Shown: in pieces, positions 23,181-34,887 of the stretch
Position numbering within the stretch: the first letter of the stretch is position 1
Layout of the letters: every line of letters starts with the position of its first letter
NCBI GenBank assembly: GCA_023920165.1
Contig: CP089281.1
Location: 992,001-1,056,000 of the forward strand
Reading direction: 5' to 3'
Length of the DNA: 64,000 nt
Source of the DNA: Curvularia clavata
Taxonomy: Eukaryota
Program-made: the position numbers and the translations under genes
The notes under the pieces: generated by a model
The model's database searches: none
What the model saw: only the letters and a program-made list of their open reading frames with translations
What the model was told of the DNA's origin: nothing

Positions 23181-25552
23181 TCATGGTACTAGACCCTCCG
23201 GTTCTTCTCCTTGCCATTGCTCGATTAATTGCCGCACGCGATACTCCGTAGCCCAGCCGATGTCAGACTCAATGTCCCTCATCAGGTGTAAGACCACTTG
23301 GCGCTCGCGTGGATCGCTTAAGCATTGACCAGCTATGAACAAGGGCTGCACGGAATGAATCCGAACTGCCTCATCTGACCGAGCGAGTGAAATGCCAACA
23401 ATTTCGCGGCTGTGCTTCTGGCAGGTCGCCAGCACGGATTGGTAAGAATTCATGCGAGCAACCAAGGTGCTGCGGCCCTGGGTCGACTCGTGCGGCTTGT
23501 TCATGAACAAGAGGATCTGCGACATGTGGTACGTCTGCATGGTCGAGGCGCACATTGGGATCGTGTACCAGACTTCGGTGAACATGGTTGCGTTCTCGTT
23601 TAGCGGAGATTGACTGGGCGTGTGGGAGCGTGGGACCCTGGCTGAGGGCTGGAAGGTGAGCGGCAGGCTATCGTGCCAGACTTGGAACTGGTTTCGTAGA
23701 CTAAACCAGTATTCGAGGAGGGTTCGCTGTCGGACACCAGCCCAGGTCATGCCAGAGTGGGCGAGGATCTCGTCGCCAGCGGCCATGAAGTTTACGAGTT
23801 TAGCCATGAGCCAAACGAGGCCGTTGCACATGACATCCTCTCTCATGGTGACATCGCCGTCTTCGAGGTAGCCGCTTGCAGCACTGTTGCTCCGCATAAT
23901 GAAGCCTTGCTCATCGATCAGGAGACCTGCTTCCCTCCATAGAGCTAAATCTTCCGTGTCAAGCCTTGTGTGGGTCTTGTTGATCACTTCACAAAATCAG
24001 TCACTCTTTCTCTCCAAGTGTGTTGTGCATATACTCACAAGCTGCTTGTACGTCTTGCCTAGCAATGTTCCAAAAGGTTGCTCTACGGGCCTTGGAAATG
24101 AGGCTGAAGCCGGAGGAAGGCGATGTCGATGTTGGCGTTAGAAGTTGTAGTGGCATGGAGTGCTCCTGGGAAAGTACGAGGAGGGACCTGGCACCATCTA
24201 GGTGCTTGCCCCATTCCGTAACAGACGTGTCAAGGAATTCGTAGACACAAAGAATGGCGGAAGCTGCAAGAAGTTCGTCGGTGTTGGATGCAAGAGAGGT
24301 GTTGCTAGAAGTCCGTCGTCGTTTGGGCGCTGGCCCGTGGAAGCCGGAGACAGGGTATCTCTGCTCGCACTCTGATTCGTCCGGAGAGGAGACCACATCC
24401 ATCTTCAGGGCATGCAGCAATAGTGACACAGCAGTGTCGTAATACACTGCAGCTTTGTGTTTCCAATCTACTATTGATGGATCAGGACACTGGGTCATCC
24501 AAGCATGGTGTGTTACGCTACCTCCCATGGTGGGCTTGCGTGCTTGAATACGCGCAAGAGCTTTGGCAGCGCAGGCGACGGCAGCGTACTTGAGCAGTGG
24601 ATTGTCACGCGCCTTGACGGGGACATAGGAAGCAAAGTAGGTGCTGAGATCGAAGAGGTCCATCCAGTTTCCTGGGCCTTCTGAGAAGTATCGGAGGAGG
24701 AAGGCGATCTCTTGGTCATCTTGAGGTGACATGCCGCCATCCGAGCGGGGTACTGACCGCCTAGAGCTCGATACTGAAAGAGATCGAGAGACCTGGTCTG
24801 CAGAGTCGTATGGTGAGTTGAGTCGGGGATCAATAGGTGGTGATGCCGTGTTAGTAGCCGCGGAGAAATCCATGACAGGGTGTATGCGTCGGTTGCATAA
24901 TGATACTGGCGGCGACATTGGCGTACCTACTGTCGAGGCCGGAGGTGACTGCATTAGAGGCGGGAGGGCCTCAAGTTCAGGTGTGTAGCAGAATGGGACG
25001 CTGGTTGGAGCTAGTTCGGGTCCCAGGCTTGATGGCGTGCTAGTGACTGATGGAAATGTGCTGTGTGTACGCCATGATGCTATTGAGCGAACCTCAAATG
25101 GACCGGGAGATTCGACCGAAGCTGTTGAAATGTTGTCAAAGTCAGGTGTACCAGGGTCAAGGTATGGGTTGGTGGTGTTGATAAACGTGACTTGGGAGTC
25201 ATGTTAGCAGGCATGCTGGAGACCAAAGTACAGTTGGGGCTTACCGTTCTTGGGTATGTCTATCCAGATGGCATCGTCATCGAATGTGTTCTTGTATGCA
25301 TAGAAGCCCTTGAGGGAGTTCTCGTCCCCCGAGTCATCTCCGTTCATGGAAGCATTGTGCTGGTGGCGAAAGACGATGCCCGAGCTGGGTATGCATTCTC
25401 TCGAAGCCTTTGTGCATTGCCCACAGACGGGCTTCTTCTCATCACACTTCAGCTTCCGCTGACGGCAAGTGAGACTGTAACAAAGAAAAGTCAGGAGGCG
25501 ACGAGAGGGTTGTAGGACTCGAGTCAACTCACCACCCGGTTCGTGAACGCAT
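23181..25552 (-). CDS. Zn(II)2Cys6 transcription factor with fungal-specific C-terminal domain
   Basis: Four exons starting MRSRTG|CLTCRQRKLKCDEKKPVCGQCTKASRECI. Canonical introns near 25532-25475, 25244-25191 and 24038-23987 join the 107, 317 and 268 aa ORF pieces. Confidence 0.9.
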
Positions 25553-26401
25553 CTCTTGGTAGTTCAAGTGTGTGGGTCTAAGTGTGGGAGGGCTCCAAGG
25601 TACACAGCCTCTTGGCGAGGAATGTGGGTATGAGAGAGCATCCACATGGATCGAAGAGAGCTGTCCTATATCTATACCAGTATGCTCGAGGGAGATAGAG
25701 CGTTTGAAACTCGATGGTTAGATGCGGGGTCTAGCATGGGTGTTCACGCCAGTTGCGGATCCACCGTCACCATGAGCAAGGTTGGGAAGTCCTACCAAGG
25801 GGTTGCCTCTGGCCTAGTGCATCATCTGAATCGCTTTCGCATAACTCAATCCGGCTGGTGTAGGAGAGCCTGGGCTTCAGCGTACAGGGACTGTGATGGG
25901 CCTGCACGCACACGCCAGGTCGCGTCAAGCGCCGCAGTCAGCCGAGTCATGGCCGAGGTGCAGTGCGCACATCACTGCTAGACGCTTGAGACGTGCACTG
26001 GTGGAGGGCTAGCCGGGACGTGGGTGGGTGGGCGCTAACTTGCCACTCTAGCTAAACTTTTGGACGCTGCACATTCGGCTAAGGATGCTGGTCGGCCCGT
26101 CTTCTGGGACTACCAGCGCATTAGATGCATCCTACCCTGTCCTACGTGCGTCCGGAACGACTCTTCCTGTTATCCCGCCAAGCCCAAACATGACCTATGG
26201 CAATGGTCGGAGCCTCCTCCACCACCTCTGCAAGACCTCGCAATCCGCTGTGAGCGTTAAGAGCGGTAATCCGGCTCTCTTCTTTCATCATCCAAATGCT
26301 GCATCTTCGATGAACATGCAAGCGTCAAAACCCGTAGGCCCCCCTTCACCGCCCACCCCCGCCCGTCACCCATGTCCGCGTGCGCTGGCTGGGATCTTTC
26401 A

Positions 26402-28297
26402 TTATTGCGACACCTTCTGCTTCTTCTTCGGCCGTTCTGGCACCGCTTCCGCGGCCTCACCCTCGCTTTCCGCATCGTCCATCTCAGCGTCGCTGTCGGA
26501 GCCGCTGCTCTGATGGTCAGAATCGTACTCTTCGCCCACCTCCGATTCCGAGTCTGCTTGGAAATCCTCGTCGACGCTTTCGTCATCCTCGTCGGCACTA
26601 CCGCGGTTTGCGGGCGCTCCATCATCACTCGACGCGAGATCTTCGTCTTGAAGAGCTGCTGCAAGAATAGCCCCGGACTGTGTGCATTGCCTCATTAGTA
26701 AACTTCACGGGACCGGGGGGGACATGCTACTTACGTCATCTGCCATTTCGTTCTTCGTCTTGATGCCTTTGGCACGGAAGAAGTTCTCAAGTGGCTGTTG
26801 CTCCTCGCTTTCATGTGTTAGCCTCGCTGACCCGCAACGTGCACAAAACCACTACATACCGATTGATGTTCGAAAACTGATGTTCTGCCATGCCATTCTT
26901 CATCGTAAAGGTGATATCAAACGTACGGCTTGCAGCCATGGCCCCTCCAACACGAGACATGGTCACTGATTGGATGTTGTCCATGCTGATATACGTTGCT
27001 GGCTTGGGGATAAACATGAATGCCTTATCGAGACAGAAGAGGTGACCCTCATTAGCCTTGATAGAGCACTTGACACCGGACTGCTCATGGTGGCTGATGA
27101 AATCACGAGACGGGCGAGTAATGCGCTTGCCACTGAGTCCGCGGAAAATGTCAGCCACGACCGTAGCAATGGGTGCCTCGTAGTGTGACTGAAGCTTGTC
27201 CTTGTACTTGTCCTCGAGTAAGTCTCCCTTCATGTTCAAATCAAGGTTGACTTCCTCATCGCGCTTGAACTGCATCACAAGGAACGGGTATCGTGTCTGA
27301 CCCTGTCGCAAGGGAGGATCCAGGCCAATGGTGATCAAGGTGTGCATGTCGTCAGGCTTTGGCAGAACCATGAACTTTTTGACCGAGTCAAACTGGATCT
27401 TGTAGTCGTATGTTTTGCCACGTAACCGGAACGAGCTCTCGTACATATCGATATCGAAACGACCTCTGTATCGATGTTAGCGCTCGAACAGAATTGCAAG
27501 CCAAAGCACCATACCTGGGAGTAAGATGCAGGATATCCAAGAATGTCGCAAATGTGTCACCAGCGACTTCGCCAATCTCTGCCTTCTCCATCAAGGTCTC
27601 GTAGAACAGATTGGCCGCATTCGTCTCTTCGCCGTCTTCTGCGCCAGAGGCATCCTCTCCATCCTCAGTCTTCTCCTTCTTTGACGCCAAGCCTGGTATG
27701 TAGAAGCGCATTTCAACAAGCTGGTCCCGGGCCCCAGTAGATTTCTTGCCTTTGAATTTGGCCCCTCCAAGCTGGCCATTTGCGCCGGAATCGCTATCGG
27801 CCGGGAGTGAGAAATCCACTGCGACTTCGTTCTTGCCTGCCAAGTTTGTGTTGGATACTTCAGTGTATGGTACTTCGAACGCAGGCCGGTTGGCAACGTT
27901 GAAAGTGAGCTCGGCTTTGCCAAAGTCGGCCTTTCCCCAGTTCCAGCCGCGCAGAGCATGTTCTCGGTTATCCAAACTGATGCCATACCAAGTTTTGAAG
28001 ACCTTTGTGAGTCGGTCAAAGTCCTCCTGCTTGAATCCATCGAGCTGTACTATGCCGTCGTTGCGGGAGAGAATCTTGACTTCGTAGCCGCGCGCCGCTC
28101 GACTCCATTGTGCCTGTATGATTTGTGACTGGTCGCAAGTGTAGGTCTCGCCGTTCGCTGGCTTCCAGCCAAATCCTGAGTCGGAGAATCGAGTCGCACC
28201 AGGCTTTCGTGAAAGATTCAGATAGATGTCGTTGAATGCCTCCCTGTGTTGTATTAGCTTCTTCATCGAATGCAATGCGCAAAATGGGTTCTTACAT
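26402..28297 (-). CDS. POB3: FACT complex subunit Pob3/SSRP1
   Basis: Motifs RGWNWGK, LVEMRFYIPG, LTPRGRFDIDMY, LDPPLRQGQTRYPFLV and an acidic tail. Exons 28297-28296, 28243-27515, 27465-26860, 26807-26735, 26677-26402. Confidence 0.97.
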
Positions 28298-30870
28298 GTT
28301 AGCGACTGTACTGAGAGCTCCAGCACTTGCAAAGGTAAAGTTGTGAGGGCTAATCGCTGGACAGGCAGCAGCAGGGGCGTTGTTGATAGAAAGTCGCTGC
28401 TCTTGCTGGGCAAACGCGTTCTATGATTATGTAATAAAACTAGTCGCATCTCCCACGTGATAGCGCGCGCTCTCGCGCCCCACTATCCTACTCACTTGAC
28501 TTCATCGTCTATGGACTCTGAAATTTTGTCCCTGCCTCACCCATGTATCAGATAGATAAACGGAGTTCCATCTTCCGAATGAGAAATTGGTTACATCCGT
28601 TTTTAGTACGAAAGCACAGGTGAGCAGAGACTGTGCAAAGACTGCTTTACGACAGTGCAATAACGAGGTGGCAGCGAGTCATAGCTACCTAGCATCTGAC
28701 CGCCTGTTTGTAACGCCTGCTGAAAGTGTTCATGCGTCCGCTGTCAGCTTCTCGTTTCGCAAACCCTTGACTCTCACCTTGACTGAAAACGAATAGTGGT
28801 GTGATTTGTAAGGATGTATGCATGCGATTGATCTCCTTTCTGGCCTTTCCTCGCACTGTCTTTGATCCTTGTTGTAGACTTTATCACAGCCATTGAACGG
28901 GGTTTCTTCGTGTATGCACTCGAGAATCAGGTACCTAGCCTAGCTCCTGCTGGTACAAAGGCTTGAGATGAATTACCCACCAAATGTCCAATTTTCTCAG
29001 CGTCCAAGACTGATGATCATACATGTACCCTATCTGGTGATCACTCCGTCAGGTAAAGCTCAAAGGTCGCACGATATCTGCCATAAAACAACCATCAAAC
29101 TTGACCGAATCCATTTCTGACTCTGCCTTACATAAGTTTGTTCAAGTCAGCTCTCAAGGATCAGCCAATTAGTTTGACATGGACTGCTACATGCAATGAA
29201 TTGAGAGTATTGGATATTCAGCTTTCTCAAAAATTCAACAATGCAGAAAGAACCATCAAGTGTTTCTACTCTACACGCAAACAAGTCGCATGCTTCCAAG
29301 CCCGCTTATACCCATCTTAGACTGGCTCAAATAAATTTTGTAGTCTCTCAGCTACGGCTAAGCCACACATCAAGGGCTGAGTATTTCTAAACACATCCGG
29401 CATAGTTCGTGGTGGGTCTGCAATGAACAACACAACTTGAATATGTAGCTCAACGGCCATATCTCGGACCGTCTTACCCGGTGACATAACATCGCCATGG
29501 GTTAGGTGTACCTTAGCGCTTCCAATACAACGGTCATCGCAAGTAGGGGTTCATGGTTGGATGTTTGTAATCGTTGCTCCCGCTCTACGAACCCGCAGTT
29601 TGCCACCAGCCACCTTATCTGTAGTGAGCAGTAAGGGCATATGCATCTCAAACTCTGCCCCACTTTCCGGTTTCCTGGGTGTTTGAAACAAGGGCAAACG
29701 TCCGCAATGACGTAACTTTCTCTCCGAGCCCGTCTGGGCTCACATCATACGGGAGCGCATCTCCTTCTTTGTTATAGTTCCCAGATCTTGTTCGCAGCTG
29801 CCCCTGGTCCCAGTTATTATCTGACTTCAAACATGGCTGTACCTTGTGATGGGTGACGCAACAACTGCTTTAGCTGGGAGATCAAGGGTCTAACGACGTA
29901 TATACATATGTATGTAAGCGCTGAGCAGACAATAGTAATCAGTCAACGGTTCTTGGCCATATCCGTTGTTTGAGTTACGTGTGTTGCCACGCTCTGTGAA
30001 GATCTTTATTTATAAGCAACCGCATGATTTCTGCTTCAAGACATTTTTCAGATCATATGCCCTAGAATTCACCGTGAAGTAAACTAGCACATGGCTAATG
30101 ACTAGAAGAACTGCAGTAATGACTATATTCTGCCATCTGCAACATCACCTTGTGTCAATTGTTCCAAACTAATTAACATTGACAGCATCTTGTTGACACA
30201 TGCGACACTCAGGGTCTACTTCGGGGTCAGGGTAGTTCGGAGCAAAGTCAAGGATAGTAAGCTAACTTGCCACGCAAAGAAATGTTAGTATCCCGAGCTT
30301 TGAAATCAAAGGAAGACGTCATGCGGCGTTCAAAAACATTCGTATAATATAGTTTATGCCGCGTAATTCGGCGTTTGCCATTCAAGGCCTTGAGAAGTGA
30401 TATGTAGAAGCCAACCGGTATCTCCGCAATGATTCAATTTGGGTTTAGGGTAGTTACTAGTAAACCCCACAAAATAAGATCAATGTCGTTACAGAATGAG
30501 AATTGATAAGAGAGGCAATGATATGTTGAGCTGCGTTCGCGCGGCTAATGCACGTGCACCAGAAGCTTGTAAAAGCCCCGATGATCATCCAATTTCAAGG
30601 TAAAGTCGTTTCACCCGTTTGGTAGGTGAAGCTGGATCGGCGCATGTTGAACCAGCCAAGCAAAGTGACATCGGAAAATTCCTTAGGTGCTCCTGGGATG
30701 CTAGGGTCAACTTGACAAGCCACGTCGCCAAATTATGCGCATTGCCAGAACAGTGTTCAACGGTGTTCACACCTCAACTTCCCTGCCACCCAGGTAGATG
30801 TCTGCTAATGACGTGTGACCTGTAGTAGGAAGTCAAAATACCGTTTTCAGTGGCACTGTTCGTTCGATCG

Positions 30871-33000
30871 CTAGATGACGTCAATCACATAGCCTAAGGC
30901 CACACCAGACGTATCTCTGAGCACCATAGTGTAGGGGCTGCTGCTCAGGTTCACGTCCTTGTCATCCACAATGTCTCCAAGAGTTTCGACTGGGTGGTTG
31001 CCCTTTTTAGGTACGGTGAAAAACCCAACCCTGCGGTAAATGCCTTTCCCCAGACCTACGCGCTGTAACACTAGGCCTGTGATCGAACGGAAACTACCAA
31101 AAGATTCGAAAATTGGTAGCAAGAACACATCTTGAAATCGCCATTCACCCTCATCTGGTATATTATCCGGATGTACCGCACCTATGGTTGAGCGCTCATT
31201 GTCAAAGGAAAGTAGCATTTTCTTGGACGTATCGAATCGGGCACGGTGCAGGCTGTAACAGCGAATCCGAACTGTTCCATTGTCGATCGCCCCTAAAGGA
31301 TCAGGCCCTGCGTACACAATTTCGACATTGACTACAGATATCAGCTCGCTCAAATGAGAACGACCTCTAGTGAAGCCTACGACTCGAGTGTCTAAAGCGG
31401 CCCACGACCAGCTAGGGGCAATGTATGTCTTTGTTTTCCGCCGTGGCCCTGGAGATGAGGTGTGCCAGCACAGCTGAGCCTCCATATCGTTTCTCCATAA
31501 TCCTGCGACATAGCGATCGTGTGTTTGTTGTTGTATCGCTCTAGCAACGCCAGAGATGGCAATGAGCTTGTCGTGGGCATAAGTCAATTTACAACTGCTG
31601 TATGTAGTGACGATCCAGGGCCACATCGAATCGACTAAGCGCTTTTTGTGCAGAATGTTGGGACCTGCTGTAATGAAATCTGGCAACTTCTCCGGAAAGC
31701 TTTCGCAGGCAGTGGTATGATTGCACTCCCAAAATACCTCAGTGGTGGTGAAATGAAGGGTGCGCACGGCTAACAATCGTTCCTGAAGAACCCAGCCTCG
31801 CTCCATTAGTGGCATATCGGCGAGGCATTTCGAATACAAAGAAGCAGGCACAGCAGAATAAGAGCGACTCTCGTTGTCGTTGGATAGTTCCACTTGGAAA
31901 TTCCAGTAAGCAGGACGAGGAAAGAAGCAACCACCTCGTCCATCTCTTGCACCAGCAGCTGATATATTGAGACCAGAGCCCCCGTATACGCTTGACATAG
32001 TCGCCGCTTCTCGCCTCCAGTCCTCTGGATCATCTTGGACGATACACAGAGTGTCTATCCAAATGTACGCAAAGCCCAAATCACGCGCTATTGTGATGGC
32101 GTCCTGAAGGGTGCGAGAGAGAGCTTCATCTGGTATCTGCATTCGTAGCTGGTGTAAATTGCTCTTTTTCAGCGTAAGTTGCTTGATCGTGCCCCAGCAA
32201 TGACTCAGTGTCGCGTATTCGACCCGCGTCTTGAGTTCATTTTGGAGGTGAACTCGGCACCGACCCATAGCAGTAGAAACCAGCCGTGTTGGCCTGTATT
32301 TGAGTGGGCTAATTTTGCATGCGTCATGATATGAAGAGCATTCGTCTAGCCACTTCTTGGCCAGTTTTAACGAAGATTTTGTGCTTTGTGCTCCAAGCTC
32401 ATCGATAGACGGCTCGTTGTCTTTGCGGGAAGTTAAGCGGTGATCAGAAAACAAAGGAGTAATTGCACATTGTCCTCGTTTGGGGTACACAGCCACACGG
32501 TACTCTCCGAACGCTAGGAAAGGAAACTCAGGAAAAGCGGAAAAGCGGCTTTCGCCAGCCGTACTTGATGAAGCTGGCTGGAGATTGTGTTCCGTTGAGC
32601 GTCCTTGCAGATGTGGTATATGGAAACCGAGGCGGAGTTGGAAATAATCCTCGGTGGCATTGGTCTCAGGATTGTGAGTTGGATTGATTTCCACATAAAT
32701 GCCTGTCAATTCATGTGTGCCGATCATGGATACGGCAGTGATGTTGGAGTCAATCCATTGCACACGTGGTCCATTTTTCAAAAATTGATAACAAAGTGGA
32801 CAGTGATTCAATGCTGCCGATCGAATTTCCGCAGGATGCTGGTGGTGAGGGAACGATCTTTTTGGTGTTTGTCGCCATAAATCCCAGTTGTCAAGCAAGG
32901 ACTGGCAAAGAGTGCAAAGTTTCGCAGAAGCGCCTAGCGAAGGACTTGGTCGAGTTTTCCAACCCGAAACGTTGACCTTATTGCCGTTGTTCTCAGACAT
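30871..33000 (-). CDS. Heterokaryon incompatibility (HET) domain protein
   Basis: Motifs YATLSHCWG, YIWIDTLCIVQDD..W..EAATM..VY, PLMERGWVLQERLL and APSWSWA. Start taken at MSENN (33000). Possible in-frame 48 nt intron at 32468-32421. Confidence 0.92.
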   Translation of the reverse strand: MSENNGNKVNVSGWKTRPSPSLGASAKLCTLCQSLLDNWDLWRQTPKRSFPHHQHPAEIRSAALNHCPLCYQFLKNGPRVQWIDSNITAVSMIGTHELTGIYVEINPTHNPETNATEDYFQLRLGFHIPHLQGRSTEHNLQPASSSTAGESRFSAFPEFPFLAFGEYRVAVYPKRGQCAITPLFSDHRLTSRKDNEPSIDELGAQSTKSSLKLAKKWLDECSSYHDACKISPLKYRPTRLVSTAMGRCRVHLQNELKTRVEYATLSHCWGTIKQLTLKKSNLHQLRMQIPDEALSRTLQDAITIARDLGFAYIWIDTLCIVQDDPEDWRREAATMSSVYGGSGLNISAAGARDGRGGCFFPRPAYWNFQVELSNDNESRSYSAVPASLYSKCLADMPLMERGWVLQERLLAVRTLHFTTTEVFWECNHTTACESFPEKLPDFITAGPNILHKKRLVDSMWPWIVTTYSSCKLTYAHDKLIAISGVARAIQQQTHDRYVAGLWRNDMEAQLCWHTSSPGPRRKTKTYIAPSWSWAALDTRVVGFTRGRSHLSELISVVNVEIVYAGPDPLGAIDNGTVRIRCYSLHRARFDTSKKMLLSFDNERSTIGAVHPDNIPDEGEWRFQDVFLLPIFESFGSFRSITGLVLQRVGLGKGIYRRVGFFTVPKKGNHPVETLGDIVDDKDVNLSSSPYTMVLRDTSGVALGYVIDVI

Positions 33001-33601
33001 TTTTCTGGTGTAACTAAGCATAAAGATGAGTGCACTTGACATGGCATGAGGCAGGAAATGGGGGCCTAGATAGCGGGGTGATGGACTACGGCAAGGTGTC
33101 GGCAACAACAATTCTTTGTTGTAACTACTGGTAGCGCTTGTTCTTCAACATAGCATTAAGATCTTAAGTGCAATAGTTTCGCGTTGTTGCTCTAGCTGAA
33201 AACACCTACTACTTGATACTTTACTGATGGTCCGTTGTAACCTGTGGACTCGGCGTAGCGCACAAGAGGGACGACACACCTAGAAACGGAAAGGTTGCTG
33301 AGCGTCATGAGTACTCTGCAGCAAATACTCTAATTCTACCTTGTGCGCACGAACCACACAAAATGCGCATATCATTGTTGGTCATCGCCATCCTGGATTT
33401 TACATAGAAACCGCATTCCAAAAGTGAAATGTCGATGGCGAAATCGACACATTTACCCGTGCGTTTGAGTGATGAGATGATTACAATGACGAAAGACTAT
33501 TCCTGACTCGGCGTGCCCCTCCAACCTAGGCAAGCTCAGAGCTACCCCGCCAGCCGTTGTATCAGTCGACCCGAAGCACGACATCGGCTTCAACCTCGAT
33601 A

Positions 33602-34747
33602 ATGACAGACCTAAGCGCAGAACAGGCCGAGAACCATTACTTCGCCAACGAACCCCCGCCGAAAGATCTCAAGGCCAATACAACTCTTGCGAGAGAGTTT
33701 ATCAAACGCCATGCCGATGACGATCGACGAGTGGTGCTCGTCACCTCAGGCGGCACAACAGTGCCATTAGAACAGCAGACTGTGCGCTACATCGATAATT
33801 TCTCTGCTGGCACGCGTGGAGCTACCAGCGCCGAGTACTTTCTTGCAAATGGATATGCTGTCATTTTCCTTCACCGCCAATTCTCGCTTCTGCCTTATTC
33901 GAGACACTACTCGCATAACACGCGCTCTTTTCTGGACTATATGAAGGAGGAGAATGGCAAGGTGGTGGTGGACGAACAACACCAGGATCAGATGCTTCGG
34001 GTCTTGCGCCAGTATACCGAGGTCAAGCGCGGAAACAAGCTGTTGATTCTCTCCTACGTGACCATTACCGAGTACCTGTGGAATCTGCGCGAGGTTGCGC
34101 AGCTCATGCGCCCGCTCGGCTCAAAAGCCATGTTCTATTTGGCCGCTGCCGTATCCGACTTCTTTGTGCCCCAGGACCGCATGGTTGAACACAAGATACA
34201 GTCGAATGAGGAATTCCATTCTGGCGCAGATGGTGTGACTGGAAGCCAATCAAAACCGCCAGCAGCGCGTACCGAGGGCAAAAGCCTCATCATCGATCTC
34301 GAGCCAGTTCCCAAATTTTTGAAACAATTGGTGGATGGCTGGGCGCCAGATGCGATGATTGTGAGCTTCAAGCTCGAGACGGACCCTGCGCTGCTAGTCA
34401 CAAAGGCCAAGTACGCGTTGAACAAATACTCGCACCATCTTGTCATTGGAAACTTGCTGCTCACTCGAAAGTGGGAGGTTGTCTTTGTATCGGCGCTTGA
34501 AGGTGAGAAGTGGATCAGAGTACCCACGAACCGTAGGACAAAGAGTTTATCAGGCAGGCCGTCTCTTGTCGGATCTGCTGATCATCTGGCAAGCAAGGAG
34601 GCAGAAGCTGGTGGATCGATTGCCACGGAACGGGGCGTACCACAGGGCGAGCCATCTGTGGAGATTGAATCTCTGATTATCCCTGAGATCGCGTCCATGC
34701 ACTCCAAGCTGATAGGGAACACTCAAGGACGAGCTACAGCTGCTTAG
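33602..34747 (+). CDS. CAB2: Phosphopantothenate--cysteine ligase (CoA biosynthesis)
   Basis: Motifs VLVTSGGTTVPLE, VRYIDNFSAGTRGATSAEYFL, FYLAAAVSDFF and IVSFKLETD. Confidence 0.96.
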   Translation: MTDLSAEQAENHYFANEPPPKDLKANTTLAREFIKRHADDDRRVVLVTSGGTTVPLEQQTVRYIDNFSAGTRGATSAEYFLANGYAVIFLHRQFSLLPYSRHYSHNTRSFLDYMKEENGKVVVDEQHQDQMLRVLRQYTEVKRGNKLLILSYVTITEYLWNLREVAQLMRPLGSKAMFYLAAAVSDFFVPQDRMVEHKIQSNEEFHSGADGVTGSQSKPPAARTEGKSLIIDLEPVPKFLKQLVDGWAPDAMIVSFKLETDPALLVTKAKYALNKYSHHLVIGNLLLTRKWEVVFVSALEGEKWIRVPTNRRTKSLSGRPSLVGSADHLASKEAEAGGSIATERGVPQGEPSVEIESLIIPEIASMHSKLIGNTQGRATAA

Positions 34748-34887
34748 CAATGACATGGTCCACAATCCACACGCATCTCACCACGACTATTTACCCTGTT
34801 TGCTTGGATTGCATCCAAGTAGGCTACATCTCTTTACTACATGTTCATTGGGCATTTCGTGTACACATGTTTCCATAACCATGCTAT

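Noticed and set aside
27388..28449. ORF-track N-terminal extension of Pob3 (MRLVLLHNHR...)
   Set aside because: It reads through 5' UTR and intron sequence; the spliced MEAFNDIY start fits the family better.
30441..30467. Short inverted repeat GGGTTTA..TAAACCC resembling a telomere seed or TIR
   Set aside because: The 7 bp arms are expected by chance, and there is no transposase or target-site duplication.
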